Virus record (IMG/VR): IMGVR_UViG_3300033156_000424
Coordinates: 7,121-71,120 of that record
DNA: 64,000 nt
Direction: 5' to 3' (one strand)
DNA from: a virus
Numbering within the stretch: the first letter of the stretch is position 1; every line of letters starts with the position of its first letter. A program made the position numbers and the translations under genes. The notes under the pieces were generated by a model, which saw only the letters and a list, made by a program, of their open reading frames with translations, did no database searches and was not told where the DNA came from. This document shows, one piece after another, positions 18,501 to 27,745 of this stretch.

Positions 18501-19180
18501 AGAAAAAGGGAATGATACCAAAGAAGGTTCAATTAACATATTATAGAAGCGATAAGACAATAGGAGTAGCAACGAAAAGAAGAGTCATGATAGCTGTATG
18601 TACCCCATACCCACCGAAATATTCATATATATGGTTAGCTAACTATTACAAAGATATAGGTTTATATAAAAATCAATCAATAGAGGAGTTATCAGAGAAG
18701 CTTGAAAACATGAATGCATTCCAGACGTTCTATCAAACTATAGGAAGGGTTAAAGACCCATCAAATAGAGTTAATTCGATAGTTTATTTATATGGAATAA
18801 GAGAAATAGATGTGAATAAGCTTCTTGAAGCAGATAAAGATATTCCAAAACCAAAAATTGTAACCATGCCAAGAGAAGGAAATAAGAAAAAAACAATAAA
18901 TCTTGTCGGTACCATGTGGAAAGGAGATAGAAAAACAGTCTCAGAATCTACATTAAAAATGATTAATTATTTAGATAAGAGGCGTGGGAAAAAGATATAT
19001 TTAAGCAAAATATTTAATGATTTAAAATTAAACAAAAAACAAGTATATGATATATTAAACACAGATAGAATGGTGCTTAATAGAAGTGGTATCATGTTAT
19101 CAAAAACAAATAGGGGAACATATATTATAGAGATGGAAAATGAATTGAACATAAGTAAAATAAATAATACATATATGTAA
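15563..19180 (+). CDS. archaeo-eukaryotic primase (PriS-like plus PriL-like Fe-S domain) fused to an SF2 helicase-like domain
   Basis: VIDID, ISGTGLY, D..RLFRAPYS (AEP motifs); CPPCI and PPSC (PriL C-terminal domain); KTTRCGVTT, VVAPT, FFDE, TDAT, QTIGR (SF2). Confidence 0.75.
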   Translation: MSYYDKIQEKIYDFMLGAQKYANARRSPSGSRVWDWIDSEDFMSLRYYRPFFRTVEGINHTMFVIDIDTKIPEKISSRLDDEEEREIKLRALLGYMNVWFKNNKDYKFTSYISGTGLYLVQKINEVIDKRNLEEIVWSPPIDSFDKYDNEEEDRGLFKACIKKLKNEKHVCTSKCNGWHKSGLHEVSRYVNYMGIEVKLIVDLHMYNHKGYRLFRAPYSPYVKLSKPYRCIPLVFNEDNIDIKRVLRLSERGTTDVQNIVVYPFQFYDRVELKTTFETKVRYDRKKHKKLTQVDYNEYKMLRIPEPEDTLTKNDNKILTKMKALFSDDPTICPPCIYKHYIGETDKFWSKMVIVRYLANKGFSLREVALFIRFVLNDEEDNNSRNRHKLFTYLPLAFGKIDKPHRPPSCAKMTEPNGIFQAVTLDECETCGRRYPLQDISFDMERIERKNIFKKVKEIKNKPTLLNDNVFTKKDIHIINKIVEDEKKGFERIREILTEVLNNKKHSELIKTTRCGVTTTLIHLTKEQKKRMLVVAPTNAIAYKTFPEALEFGKRLYGLDINGAIMSSNVKSCLKLSIDMNKLFKKKKDNPEWGEAGVRFNDMTFHFKPPCVTENKGKPVFCKFYEDLFDFPHSVDDIPYPVGMSEITQLGETYEECEGLCAYNTIMNNLINYDVLFITYDKLNAILSERSDETKDLLNFILNEIDVLFFDEISFLAQKPKLVIPLINENIEGVTEEFLDKVKEEATTMGKIYKYEYIEKLLDIVGVFIGHLETVVSDLYFNDSFKKSFSYKIKNPLDENERDFVINYFGIFHTLLEKFTKEENIYLENLEKFVILMQEKIFYLSNHQTLDYNFVCTLTCSPILTSIRNFSRQFAELFNKQVLVTDATMPYIKMSDLLGLDFKRVIVGDPRGTNNYQLIVADTKRLPVVTLVNSNNKMFGNKNYMELYEFINNVCETHNEKDVMVVLPNSGIIFQKIKSAKKKGMIPKKVQLTYYRSDKTIGVATKRRVMIAVCTPYPPKYSYIWLANYYKDIGLYKNQSIEELSEKLENMNAFQTFYQTIGRVKDPSNRVNSIVYLYGIREIDVNKLLEADKDIPKPKIVTMPREGNKKKTINLVGTMWKGDRKTVSESTLKMINYLDKRRGKKIYLSKIFNDLKLNKKQVYDILNTDRMVLNRSGIMLSKTNRGTYIIEMENELNISKINNTYM

Positions 19181-19195
19181 TGGAGATGAAAAAAT

Positions 19196-21757
19196 ATGTG
19201 GTTAATGAGTACAAAATATAACAAAAGTGAAAAATATGGACAGATACTTGTCTTCTTAAAGGATGATGGGGGTATAGAAGAAATATATTTAAAAAAAGTG
19301 CTACCTTATTTTTATACTGAATTGAATGAAGATGAAATAAAGACAGAACATTTCTTAAGAGAAGAATATTGGGATTTTAAAAATGACTGTTGGGATAAAA
19401 AGAAAGTTCATTCATTTAAAGAGATATATAAAATAAATCCAATAACAAGAGAGAGAACGAAATTAACAAAAGTTTCTGTTACGTCTCCATTTTATGTGAC
19501 TAATAGAAAAGGGACTGGAATGTCTCAATATTTGCCTAAGAAGTTTGTTTATAATAATAGAGTTAAATATACTGATGTGTTTATTCAGAACACAGATTTA
19601 ACAATGGCTATGCCATATGAATATAGAGATGGAAAAATAGTTCATGTTGTGAATAAAGAAGAAATAGAAAAACATGAGATTTTTAACCTAAAACAGCTAC
19701 AACGATTTGATAAGAGGGTGTTTGATTGGTTTGTCCCATTGTTTGTTACACCATTCCCAACACTTAAGAACCACATAGTTGCTGTTGATGTGGAGGTAGA
19801 CCATAATATGAGGAGAATAATTGAACCATTCAAAGCAACATATCCTATAAGTTCAATAGCATTTAAAACGCATGAGGAGGAGATATGTTTTGTTCTTGAT
19901 GATGATGTAAGAAATGTTGAGAAAAAAGAAGAAAAAGAATATGGAGTGAAAGATAAAACTATTGTATGTAAGAATGAGAGACAGTTATTACAGAAAGCAA
20001 TATCATATATGTGCTCATGTCCGCAAAAGATAGTGGTAGGATTTAATATAGATAGGTTTGATTTACCATATATTTATAATAGAGCAAAATTGTATGGGTT
20101 GAATGATAAAAGATTTTGGGCATATATACGAGAAACCGATGGGTCGATAGTTAAGGGAGTTAAAGATAAATTTCTTGTTGATTTATATCCATTTTTTAAG
20201 AATCCTTCTGTAAAAACATACGCTTTTAAGAACAAATATGATAGAAATAGCTTGGACTCTATAGCACAAGGATTGTTGAAAAAAGAAAAATATAAATTTG
20301 AGGGAAATATTAATACTCTATCAAAATATGAACTTGCATATTACAATTTAAAGGATGTGGAGCTAACATATAATTTATGTGTATTTGATGATGAGGTCAT
20401 TATGAAACTTGCTATGATGTTTCAAAGAATGAGTGGATTAACATTTGAATCTGTGTTTAGAAGGAGAGTATCTGCTTTAATTATGAATATGTTAAATCAG
20501 TATATGACTATGAAAGACATGTTCTTTCCAAATAGGGTCATGCTTGATTCTGTTGGAGAAGCCAAAACAAAATCTATTATAGAAGGAAAGGGATATCAAG
20601 GTGCAAAAGTCATAGAACCAGTAAAAGGATTACATTTTAATGTCACTGTTCTTGACTTTGCTTCACTCTATCCAAGTATCATGGATACAAAAAACATATG
20701 TTTTAGTACTGTTAATTGTAATCATGAATCATGTAAAAATAATATCATTGAAGGGGCTGGACATCATATATGTACCTTGAGGAGAGGAATAATATCTGAA
20801 CTTGTAGGGGCTGTAAAGGATATACGTGTTCATTACTTTAAAGATAGAAAGAAAGACAATCCATTGTTTAGTGTTGTTGAACAAGCATTAAAAGTATTTA
20901 TAAATGCATCCTACGGTATCACTGGTGATGACCGCCTTCCGTATTTTGCTTCTCCAGTGGCAGAAAGTATAACAACTGAAGCTAGAAACGCATTAGAAAC
21001 ACTGATAGAGAAAACAGAAGAACTTGGAGTTGAGGTTGTAGCTGGAGATACAGATAGTATATTTATAAAGACCATAGATAAAAAAATAATTGATAAATTT
21101 ATTATTTTTTGCAAAGAAAAGTTAAATCTTCAGCTTGGTATTGATTATCAAATGAGATTTATTAATACGTATAAAAAAAAGAATTATTTTGGTTATACTT
21201 TTGATAATAATAAAATAATAAAAGGATTGAGTGGTAAGAAGAAAAACACACCATTATATATTAAAAAATGTTTTGATGAGACAATAGATATTCTTAAAGA
21301 GATTACTGAAAAGAATAAAAAAGAAGCTATAGAAAAAGTTTTAAATACTGTAAAGAAATATTACATGGGACTAAAAAAAGGAACAATGATAACAGATATT
21401 AATGATTTTACTATAAGTACTGTTATTCACAAGAACATTGATATATATGAAACAGAACCAATTCATGTTAATGTTGCTAAACAATTATATAAATATATTA
21501 TAAATAAAACAAAAAACGAGGGGATAAATATTAGAACAGTTGTACCAGAAGGGTCTGTTATTGTGTATGTAAGAACCATCCCTATTGGAAAGAGGAAGGC
21601 TAAACCAGTTGAGACGGTCACATTTAGTGATATAGATGTAGAGGAATATGAAAAGAGATTAATAAACGTCATGAAACAGATATATGAACCGTTGGGTATA
21701 ACTGATGATGAAATAATAGGGATAAATCAAATGACTTTAATGGAGTTTTTAAAATGA
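19196..21757 (+). CDS. polB: family B DNA polymerase (archaeal PolB1-like)
   Basis: Exo motifs DVE, FNIDRFD, YNLKD; Pol motifs DFASLYPS, KVFINASYG, GDTDS. Confidence 0.95.
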   Translation: MWLMSTKYNKSEKYGQILVFLKDDGGIEEIYLKKVLPYFYTELNEDEIKTEHFLREEYWDFKNDCWDKKKVHSFKEIYKINPITRERTKLTKVSVTSPFYVTNRKGTGMSQYLPKKFVYNNRVKYTDVFIQNTDLTMAMPYEYRDGKIVHVVNKEEIEKHEIFNLKQLQRFDKRVFDWFVPLFVTPFPTLKNHIVAVDVEVDHNMRRIIEPFKATYPISSIAFKTHEEEICFVLDDDVRNVEKKEEKEYGVKDKTIVCKNERQLLQKAISYMCSCPQKIVVGFNIDRFDLPYIYNRAKLYGLNDKRFWAYIRETDGSIVKGVKDKFLVDLYPFFKNPSVKTYAFKNKYDRNSLDSIAQGLLKKEKYKFEGNINTLSKYELAYYNLKDVELTYNLCVFDDEVIMKLAMMFQRMSGLTFESVFRRRVSALIMNMLNQYMTMKDMFFPNRVMLDSVGEAKTKSIIEGKGYQGAKVIEPVKGLHFNVTVLDFASLYPSIMDTKNICFSTVNCNHESCKNNIIEGAGHHICTLRRGIISELVGAVKDIRVHYFKDRKKDNPLFSVVEQALKVFINASYGITGDDRLPYFASPVAESITTEARNALETLIEKTEELGVEVVAGDTDSIFIKTIDKKIIDKFIIFCKEKLNLQLGIDYQMRFINTYKKKNYFGYTFDNNKIIKGLSGKKKNTPLYIKKCFDETIDILKEITEKNKKEAIEKVLNTVKKYYMGLKKGTMITDINDFTISTVIHKNIDIYETEPIHVNVAKQLYKYIINKTKNEGINIRTVVPEGSVIVYVRTIPIGKRKAKPVETVTFSDIDVEEYEKRLINVMKQIYEPLGITDDEIIGINQMTLMEFLK

Positions 21758-21922
21758 GTGAAAATCTAGCTAACTTAATACGTGACATGTATGATGATTT
21801 ATATTTTTTAATGGATTATGTTCCTAAATACATCATAGAGTTTGGAACAAAAACTATTGGAAAAATGTCAAGAGAAGAGATGGAGAGAAACCTTATAACA
21901 ATTTTACAAGAGATGAAAAAAC

Positions 21923-23422
21923 ATGATTAAATTATTTGTAAGAAATGTATATACATATTATGAGGGAATAAATATACAAACACTGTCAGAAATAGAAAAG
22001 ATAATGCAATATAGAGACCCAGATTGGATACATAAATATAGATATAATGTTCAAAGGATGAAAGAGAAAGTTAGAAACTATTATGACTTGAGAAGATTAG
22101 AAACATATATGGCAAGTAGTGGATATATTTCTCTTCTCGATAGAAAAACAAAACGATTTCCAACTGGGTTTTTAGAACAAGTCATCATGAAATTGAAGAT
22201 ACTTAAGCTTCAATATATGATAATAGATGAAAAGAAGAAGCCAGAAGAAAAGATAAATTTAACAGCATATAAACTTAAATTATATCCTAATCAAAGAAAA
22301 GTATTTGAGAAAATGAAAGGAAAAGATTTTAGGTGTATATTAGATGCATCAACCGCATTTGGAAAAACAATTATTGGATTAAATATAATAGATTATCTTA
22401 AAACTCCAACACTTGTTATTGTCCCTACTGTTGTTATTAGAGACCAATGGGAACAGCATTTTAAAAACATTTTTCTTAATTGTTCTGTTAAAAAATATGG
22501 TAGCGGAAGGATGATTGTTGATGAAGATGGAAAAGATGCTGTTCTCATATCAACGTCACAGCTTTTAATGAGTGTATTTAATAATACAGCTAAAACAGAT
22601 AGTATAAGAAAAAGAAATAAAATGTTACAAGAGTTCATCTATAGAAAGGTTGGGTTATTAATATATGATGAGGTTCATCTTGCTGGGAGTGAGACTGGTG
22701 TATTTATTCTTAATAATGTTCAGTGTTATTATAGAATTGGATTGACTGGTAGTTTTAATAGTAGAGAAGATAATAGAGATTTAGAGTATATTTCTCTCAT
22801 TGGAGAAAGGGCAACATATGTTTCTCCAAGCGATTTGATAGAAATAGAAAGGGCGGTTAAACTATCTATAAAATTTTATTCGGTTGACCCAATAGGGTTT
22901 GGAAGATATTCTAATTATGATACTGTTATCAATGTAGCTATTATTAATAATCATCTTCGTAATGAATCTATACTTGATTTAGCATATGAAATGATAGAGG
23001 AAGATAGACAAGTTCTTATTCTTGTTGATAGGATAAAACATGCAGAGATTCTTGCAAATATTGGTGATTTTGAATATACAACAAGTAAAGACAAGGAAAG
23101 AAAAGAAAAGTTTGATAGATTTAGAAGTGGGGAGTTATCTGTATTAATTTGTACAACCAAACTTGCTGGTATAGGATTTGATATGCCTCCTTTGAGTGCA
23201 TTAATACTTGCTGGTGGCGGTAAATCAACAAACAAATTTGTTCAATCATTAGGGAGGGTACTAAGGATAAGTGAAGGAAAAACTGATGCGAAAGTTATAG
23301 ACTTCGCAGATAACTGTAAATATTTAAGAGACCATGCAATTAAAAGGCTAAAAATATATAGAAATGAGAGACAGTATAAAATAGATGTGAAGGGAACATA
23401 TTTGGAGAAACATATGAGGTGA
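21923..23422 (+). CDS. SF2 helicase (UvsW/XPB-like)
   Basis: STAFGKT, DEVH, GLTG, GFDMP, QSLGRVLR, DFAD. Confidence 0.9.
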   Translation: MIKLFVRNVYTYYEGINIQTLSEIEKIMQYRDPDWIHKYRYNVQRMKEKVRNYYDLRRLETYMASSGYISLLDRKTKRFPTGFLEQVIMKLKILKLQYMIIDEKKKPEEKINLTAYKLKLYPNQRKVFEKMKGKDFRCILDASTAFGKTIIGLNIIDYLKTPTLVIVPTVVIRDQWEQHFKNIFLNCSVKKYGSGRMIVDEDGKDAVLISTSQLLMSVFNNTAKTDSIRKRNKMLQEFIYRKVGLLIYDEVHLAGSETGVFILNNVQCYYRIGLTGSFNSREDNRDLEYISLIGERATYVSPSDLIEIERAVKLSIKFYSVDPIGFGRYSNYDTVINVAIINNHLRNESILDLAYEMIEEDRQVLILVDRIKHAEILANIGDFEYTTSKDKERKEKFDRFRSGELSVLICTTKLAGIGFDMPPLSALILAGGGKSTNKFVQSLGRVLRISEGKTDAKVIDFADNCKYLRDHAIKRLKIYRNERQYKIDVKGTYLEKHMR

Positions 23423-23601
23423 TTAAAATGAATGTTGAATTAAAAGTTTTAGTAATAATAGGAATAGTAATATTAACAATACAAATAATTGACCAAATAA
23501 TTTTTCCTATTATTCGTTATTTATATGATAATATTAGTTATTTATACAAAATTATTTATTATTTGTATAATAAAAAATGGAGAAATAAAAAATGTACTTG
23601 A
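23419..23601 (+). CDS. small membrane protein
   Basis: GAGGTGA RBS; hydrophobic N-terminus. Confidence 0.45.
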   Translation: MIKMNVELKVLVIIGIVILTIQIIDQIIFPIIRYLYDNISYLYKIIYYLYNKKWRNKKCT

Positions 23602-23840
23602 AAAGAGATAGAACTAAAAACGACTGGTGGAATTGGGTTACATATATATATTGTCATAGATGTGGTGATTTTGTAAAAGATTGGCATTCATATGAGATAA
23701 AAATAGGTGATGATAGATATGTATATAAATATATTTGTAATAAATGTAATAATGTAGCTGAAGAGTTTTTTTATAGTAAGAAGGAACAAAGGTTACTTAC
23801 AAATGATGAGATAATAAAAATTAAAATGGGCGAGAAATAA
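23592..23840 (+). CDS. zinc-finger protein
   Basis: CHRC and CNKC motifs. Confidence 0.55.
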   Translation: MYLKRDRTKNDWWNWVTYIYCHRCGDFVKDWHSYEIKIGDDRYVYKYICNKCNNVAEEFFYSKKEQRLLTNDEIIKIKMGEK

Positions 23841-23992
23841 AATGAAGTTAAGAAAGATTAGACATATAGATAAAAAATATCTTACAGATTTTTCTGTAAT
23901 GGGTGGAACTAAATCTATTGACCTCTATGTTGATTACATAGCACAAAAAGTAGATGAACTTATAGATGTTGTAAATACACTTGTAGATAAAA

Positions 23993-24037
23993 TACAAAGA
24001 TTGTAGAGATTGTATAGATTATAGAGATTACAAAGAT
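23993..24037. repeat. 5 x 9-bp imperfect tandem repeat
   Basis: TACAAAGAT TGTAGAGAT TGTATAGAT TATAGAGAT TACAAAGAT. Confidence 0.75.
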
Positions 24038-24046
24038 TAAACACAT

Positions 24047-24062
24047 AGAAAGGTTTATATAG
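24047..24062 (+). promoter_or_regulatory. archaeal-type promoter
   Basis: AGAAAGG-TTTATATA. Confidence 0.6.
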
Positions 24063-24082
24063 TTTGAAGAGGTTGATAAGTT

Positions 24083-24706
24083 ATGTGTTACAATAGAGAA
24101 GATTGTGATAATTTCACACCGTCACCGTTAAATAAGACAGTTTGTCTGATTCATTGCTCGAGAAATCCAGAAGTAGCTGAAGTTGCTTTTGCTCATGATT
24201 GGTATAATCCTACAAAAGGTGAGAGAGTTATGAAGGTTATAACATTACGAGAGGAAGGAACTTCTATAAAAGAAGCAAGACTTACTGAAGAATTTGACGA
24301 TGTGGATAAATTTATAAATATGATGAATGAAGAGAATAAAGTGAAAATAGTTAAAAGCAATATGGATTTGAGAGAGAGTGAAAGAAAAGCTATTGTTGAG
24401 GCTGAAGGCGAGTTATTACAGAAGCCAGAGAGACCAAAAGAAGAAGCTATGACGTTAGACCCAAAAGAGGTCATGGTAAATATACAACAGAAGATGAAAG
24501 AGTATGAGGAAAAAGTTATTTCCGAGTCTGTTATAGAACATGATGAGGAAAAGATACGAGAAAAGATACAAAAGATACAAAAAGATTTGAACAGAGAAAA
24601 AAAAGATGTTGAGGAATGTCCATATTGTGGAAGAAGCTTTAAGAAATTGTATGCTCATTTACGATTTTGTAAAAAGAAACCTATTGAAAAAGATGGTGAA
24701 GAATGA
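24083..24706 (+). CDS. coiled-coil protein with C-terminal C2HC zinc finger
   Basis: CPYCGRSFKKLYAHLRFC. Confidence 0.6.
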   Translation: MCYNREDCDNFTPSPLNKTVCLIHCSRNPEVAEVAFAHDWYNPTKGERVMKVITLREEGTSIKEARLTEEFDDVDKFINMMNEENKVKIVKSNMDLRESERKAIVEAEGELLQKPERPKEEAMTLDPKEVMVNIQQKMKEYEEKVISESVIEHDEEKIREKIQKIQKDLNREKKDVEECPYCGRSFKKLYAHLRFCKKKPIEKDGEE

Positions 24707-24909
24707 TGTGTTTGTTTAAGAGAAAGAAAAAAAATAAAAAGAAAGAGAAAAAATATATAAGAAATGATTTGAAACAAGAATTAGATAGAGACTCAAAGGA
24801 AGAATTTCCAGTTTATTGTATGGCTCTCACAAAGAAAGGCACAAGGTGTAAGAATAAAGCTGTAAAGGGTTCTCCTTTTTGTTATATTCATAATGCTATG
24901 TATAAATAA
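24703..24909 (+). CDS. basic protein with C-C-C-H zinc motif (DUF5763-like)
   Basis: CMALTKKGTRCKNK...FCYIH. Confidence 0.65.
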   Translation: MMCLFKRKKKNKKKEKKYIRNDLKQELDRDSKEEFPVYCMALTKKGTRCKNKAVKGSPFCYIHNAMYK

Positions 24910-24927
24910 TAAGGGAAAAACGATATT

Positions 24928-25830
24928 ATGCCGTACAAAGTTTGGTTATCAGATGATGATTACGCCCTCATACCAAGAGTTAGTGATGTTGTAAGTGCAA
25001 GTCAATGTGAAATGAGTGCTTGGTTAAACCCAATCAATAAACAAAAAAGGTATAAGAAAAGAATACCAATAACACATGAAAATAATTTGTATGCTTTAAG
25101 GGGAACATTGGCTCATCATAGGATAGAAAATGAATTAAGAAAAATGTTAGATTTGCCAAAGAAACAATTAGACCTTACTTATGGAGAGAAAAAGTTATAT
25201 GAAGAGATGTCTGCTGATGAGGAGTTAAGTTATGAGACAAACAAACATATTGAAATAAGTATGGATAATTTTTATGATTTTATTGGAGATAAAAATGTTA
25301 GACCATTAGTTCCAGAACAATCTATAGTATATATAAAGTATGATAAGCAAGGTAAAGTTCTTATAGAGGAAAGTCTGAAAGGGACTATAGATTTGATAGG
25401 AGAAATGGAAACTGAAAACGGTTGGGAAACAGTGCTTATAGACTGGAAAACATCGACAACATTTAAAGATTCTTCGTATCAATTACAGCTTACTGGGTAT
25501 GCTTTTCTTATGGAGGCGTCTGGTAAATGGAAAGAATTAAAAGAAGACGGAGTCATGAGGTATCCAAAGAGTACATGGGCATTTAAAAATGGAAAATATG
25601 ATGTGGAAAGAGCATTATGTGTTGTGTTAGGAGATGGAGAGAAGGGGTATCAATGTAGATGGTATGATACCTCTAACAAGGAATTTTTTCGTTTCTGGAA
25701 GGTTTTCAACAATCCTAAAAAGACACTCAAATCGCCGATGAATGGGCGATGGGGAGTAAAAATGTATTGTATGTTTTGTCCATATAAAGGAACTGAATGT
25801 CCATTTTATAATAGGTGGGTAGAAAAATGA
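24928..25830 (+). CDS. Cas4-like PD-(D/E)XK exonuclease
   Basis: GTLAH, GTID, IDWKT, QLTGY and C-terminal CMFCPY...C. Confidence 0.85.
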   Translation: MPYKVWLSDDDYALIPRVSDVVSASQCEMSAWLNPINKQKRYKKRIPITHENNLYALRGTLAHHRIENELRKMLDLPKKQLDLTYGEKKLYEEMSADEELSYETNKHIEISMDNFYDFIGDKNVRPLVPEQSIVYIKYDKQGKVLIEESLKGTIDLIGEMETENGWETVLIDWKTSTTFKDSSYQLQLTGYAFLMEASGKWKELKEDGVMRYPKSTWAFKNGKYDVERALCVVLGDGEKGYQCRWYDTSNKEFFRFWKVFNNPKKTLKSPMNGRWGVKMYCMFCPYKGTECPFYNRWVEK

Positions 25831-26216
25831 TTCGATATATAAAGATTGTAAGAGAAAGACAACAAGGAAAGACTGAATGGTGTATAAATAATGCTATAGA
25901 TGAGGCAAAAAAAGGAAAATCTGTTTTATTTTTAGTTCCAACACAAGAGTTTCAGAGAGAAGTCTTCATACGTATACTTAAAAGAGATTGTATTGAGGCA
26001 CATACTAAAGGAGAAGTCCATGTTTATAACAATAGTAAAAAAGTAGGAATAATAATAATAAAAAAACTTACTCCAAGAAGTGTTAGAGGAATACATGTAG
26101 ATGTTATTGTTTCTGATGAAGCTAATATTGTATCTCCTCATATATTGCTTGTTGATTTATATCATAATTTCAAAGGAAATGATGGGATAATTTATGAAGC
26201 CTTACAGAAGTGGTGA
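25827..26216 (+). CDS. short terminase-ATPase-like P-loop protein
   Basis: RQQGKT, VLFLVPT, VRG..VDVIVSDEA; no nuclease domain. Confidence 0.65.
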   Translation: MIRYIKIVRERQQGKTEWCINNAIDEAKKGKSVLFLVPTQEFQREVFIRILKRDCIEAHTKGEVHVYNNSKKVGIIIIKKLTPRSVRGIHVDVIVSDEANIVSPHILLVDLYHNFKGNDGIIYEALQKW

Positions 26217-26479
26217 AAATGAGTTTCGATATAATTAGAGTTGCAGATATAAGGAAAAAAAATATTCAAAGAAGAGAACCAATAGCTAAGCCAATTATAA
26301 CAAATTTGTTAAAAGATAAATTTGGAATGGCGTTATCAAAAGAATATATATGTGAGAATACCGGTTTTTGTTATACAACTGTTCATAGGGTGATATTAGA
26401 ACTTATAGAAGAAGGTAAAGTTGTTAGAGAACTGGTAAGAGGACAAAAAAAACATTTTTTTACATGGATTGGAGAATGA
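26210..26479 (+). CDS. winged-helix DNA-binding protein
   Basis: ICENTGFCYTTVHRVILELIEEGKV. Confidence 0.65.
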   Translation: MVKMSFDIIRVADIRKKNIQRREPIAKPIITNLLKDKFGMALSKEYICENTGFCYTTVHRVILELIEEGKVVRELVRGQKKHFFTWIGE

Positions 26480-26484
26480 TATAG

Positions 26485-27636
26485 ATGACTAAGCTATTGG
26501 AAGATATATTAACTAAAGAATACTTGTTAGATTGTATAAGAAGAGGAATGACACAGCAAGATGTTGCTGATGAGGTTGGAAGACTATTTAATAAAAGGAT
26601 TTCAAGACAATCTGTTTTTTATTGGATGAGGAGACATGGATTACAATGGGGAAGAAAGGTGTATGAACCGGTCTCGTTAGATGTCGAAGCAATTGTAGAG
26701 GCTACAAATCTCGTTGATAAAGTTATATCACAAATAGGTGATTTTAAAAATTTGAATAATATTATAAGACAAGAAAACAATGATGTGTTGTTTTTAGCTA
26801 TAGGTGATGTACATGCTGGTGCTAAATATGATAGAACTGGTAGAATAAATTGGAAAGATGTGTTATCTGAAAGATTTGGAATATTTAGAGATGAGGTTGA
26901 AAAAAAATTAAGAGATATAAATCTTATACCATCAAAAATTATTATCTGTCTTTTAGGAGATTTAGTGGATGGATTTGAAATATATCCAAACCAAGCAGAA
27001 ATGTCCGATACTATTGTTTCTGACCAGATTGACTTGTTATTAAAAGAGCTCATTGATACAATATTATATTTATCTGCATTTACAAAAGAGGTAAAGATAT
27101 ATGCTGTACAAGGAAATCATGGAAGAATAAGTAAAAGAAGCGAAATAAATAATTGGGATAGTGTTGTTTATGTTGCATTAGAAAGAATTATTGATTATAT
27201 TACTAAATCTCAAAAAGAAGATGAGATAGTAAATATATCTATAACAAGAGTAAATAAATTTCTTTTGCAATTTCAAGAAGGAAAATGGAAATATCTTATT
27301 GGACACGGTCATAGATTATTAACAAAATCTTCTTTAGGTAGTGTAAAATATATAAATAATATGGTTATAACACGAAAATCTTTAGGGTTTGACCATAATG
27401 TTTTTATTATGGGACATGTTCATCAAACACGATATTGGTGTAATGGTGATAATAGTTATTATATTTCAAATGGTACTATGTATGATAGCGAACATTTTTC
27501 AGAAACTCTTGGTCTTCCATCTGATTTGAGGTTTGTTGCATTCACTTCAAATGATAGGACTCCAGTAGATATGTTGTTTTTTATACCGCTTGTACCAGAA
27601 TCATATTATAGGAAGAGAAAAAACTATCTTTTTTAA
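26485..27636 (+). CDS. HTH plus calcineurin-like metallophosphoesterase
   Basis: N-terminal HTH; GDVH, GDLVDG, GNHG, HGH, GHVH. Confidence 0.85.
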   Translation: MTKLLEDILTKEYLLDCIRRGMTQQDVADEVGRLFNKRISRQSVFYWMRRHGLQWGRKVYEPVSLDVEAIVEATNLVDKVISQIGDFKNLNNIIRQENNDVLFLAIGDVHAGAKYDRTGRINWKDVLSERFGIFRDEVEKKLRDINLIPSKIIICLLGDLVDGFEIYPNQAEMSDTIVSDQIDLLLKELIDTILYLSAFTKEVKIYAVQGNHGRISKRSEINNWDSVVYVALERIIDYITKSQKEDEIVNISITRVNKFLLQFQEGKWKYLIGHGHRLLTKSSLGSVKYINNMVITRKSLGFDHNVFIMGHVHQTRYWCNGDNSYYISNGTMYDSEHFSETLGLPSDLRFVAFTSNDRTPVDMLFFIPLVPESYYRKRKNYLF

Positions 27637-27745
27637 TATCATGTTAAACTGATACTAAAAATAAGGCATCAAAACCTCACGCTAACAAACGTTTTGTGTT
27701 CCATGTATATAAATACACACAAAAAAACAAAAACTTTCGTTAGAA

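Noticed and set aside
24928-25830. Cas4 as part of a CRISPR-Cas locus
   Set aside because: No other cas genes; solo Cas4-like nucleases are common in viral replication modules.
27680-27745. Hairpin TTTTGTGT...ACACAAAA as another BHB unit
   Set aside because: No 3-4-3 geometry; it sits between convergent genes and is more likely a terminator.
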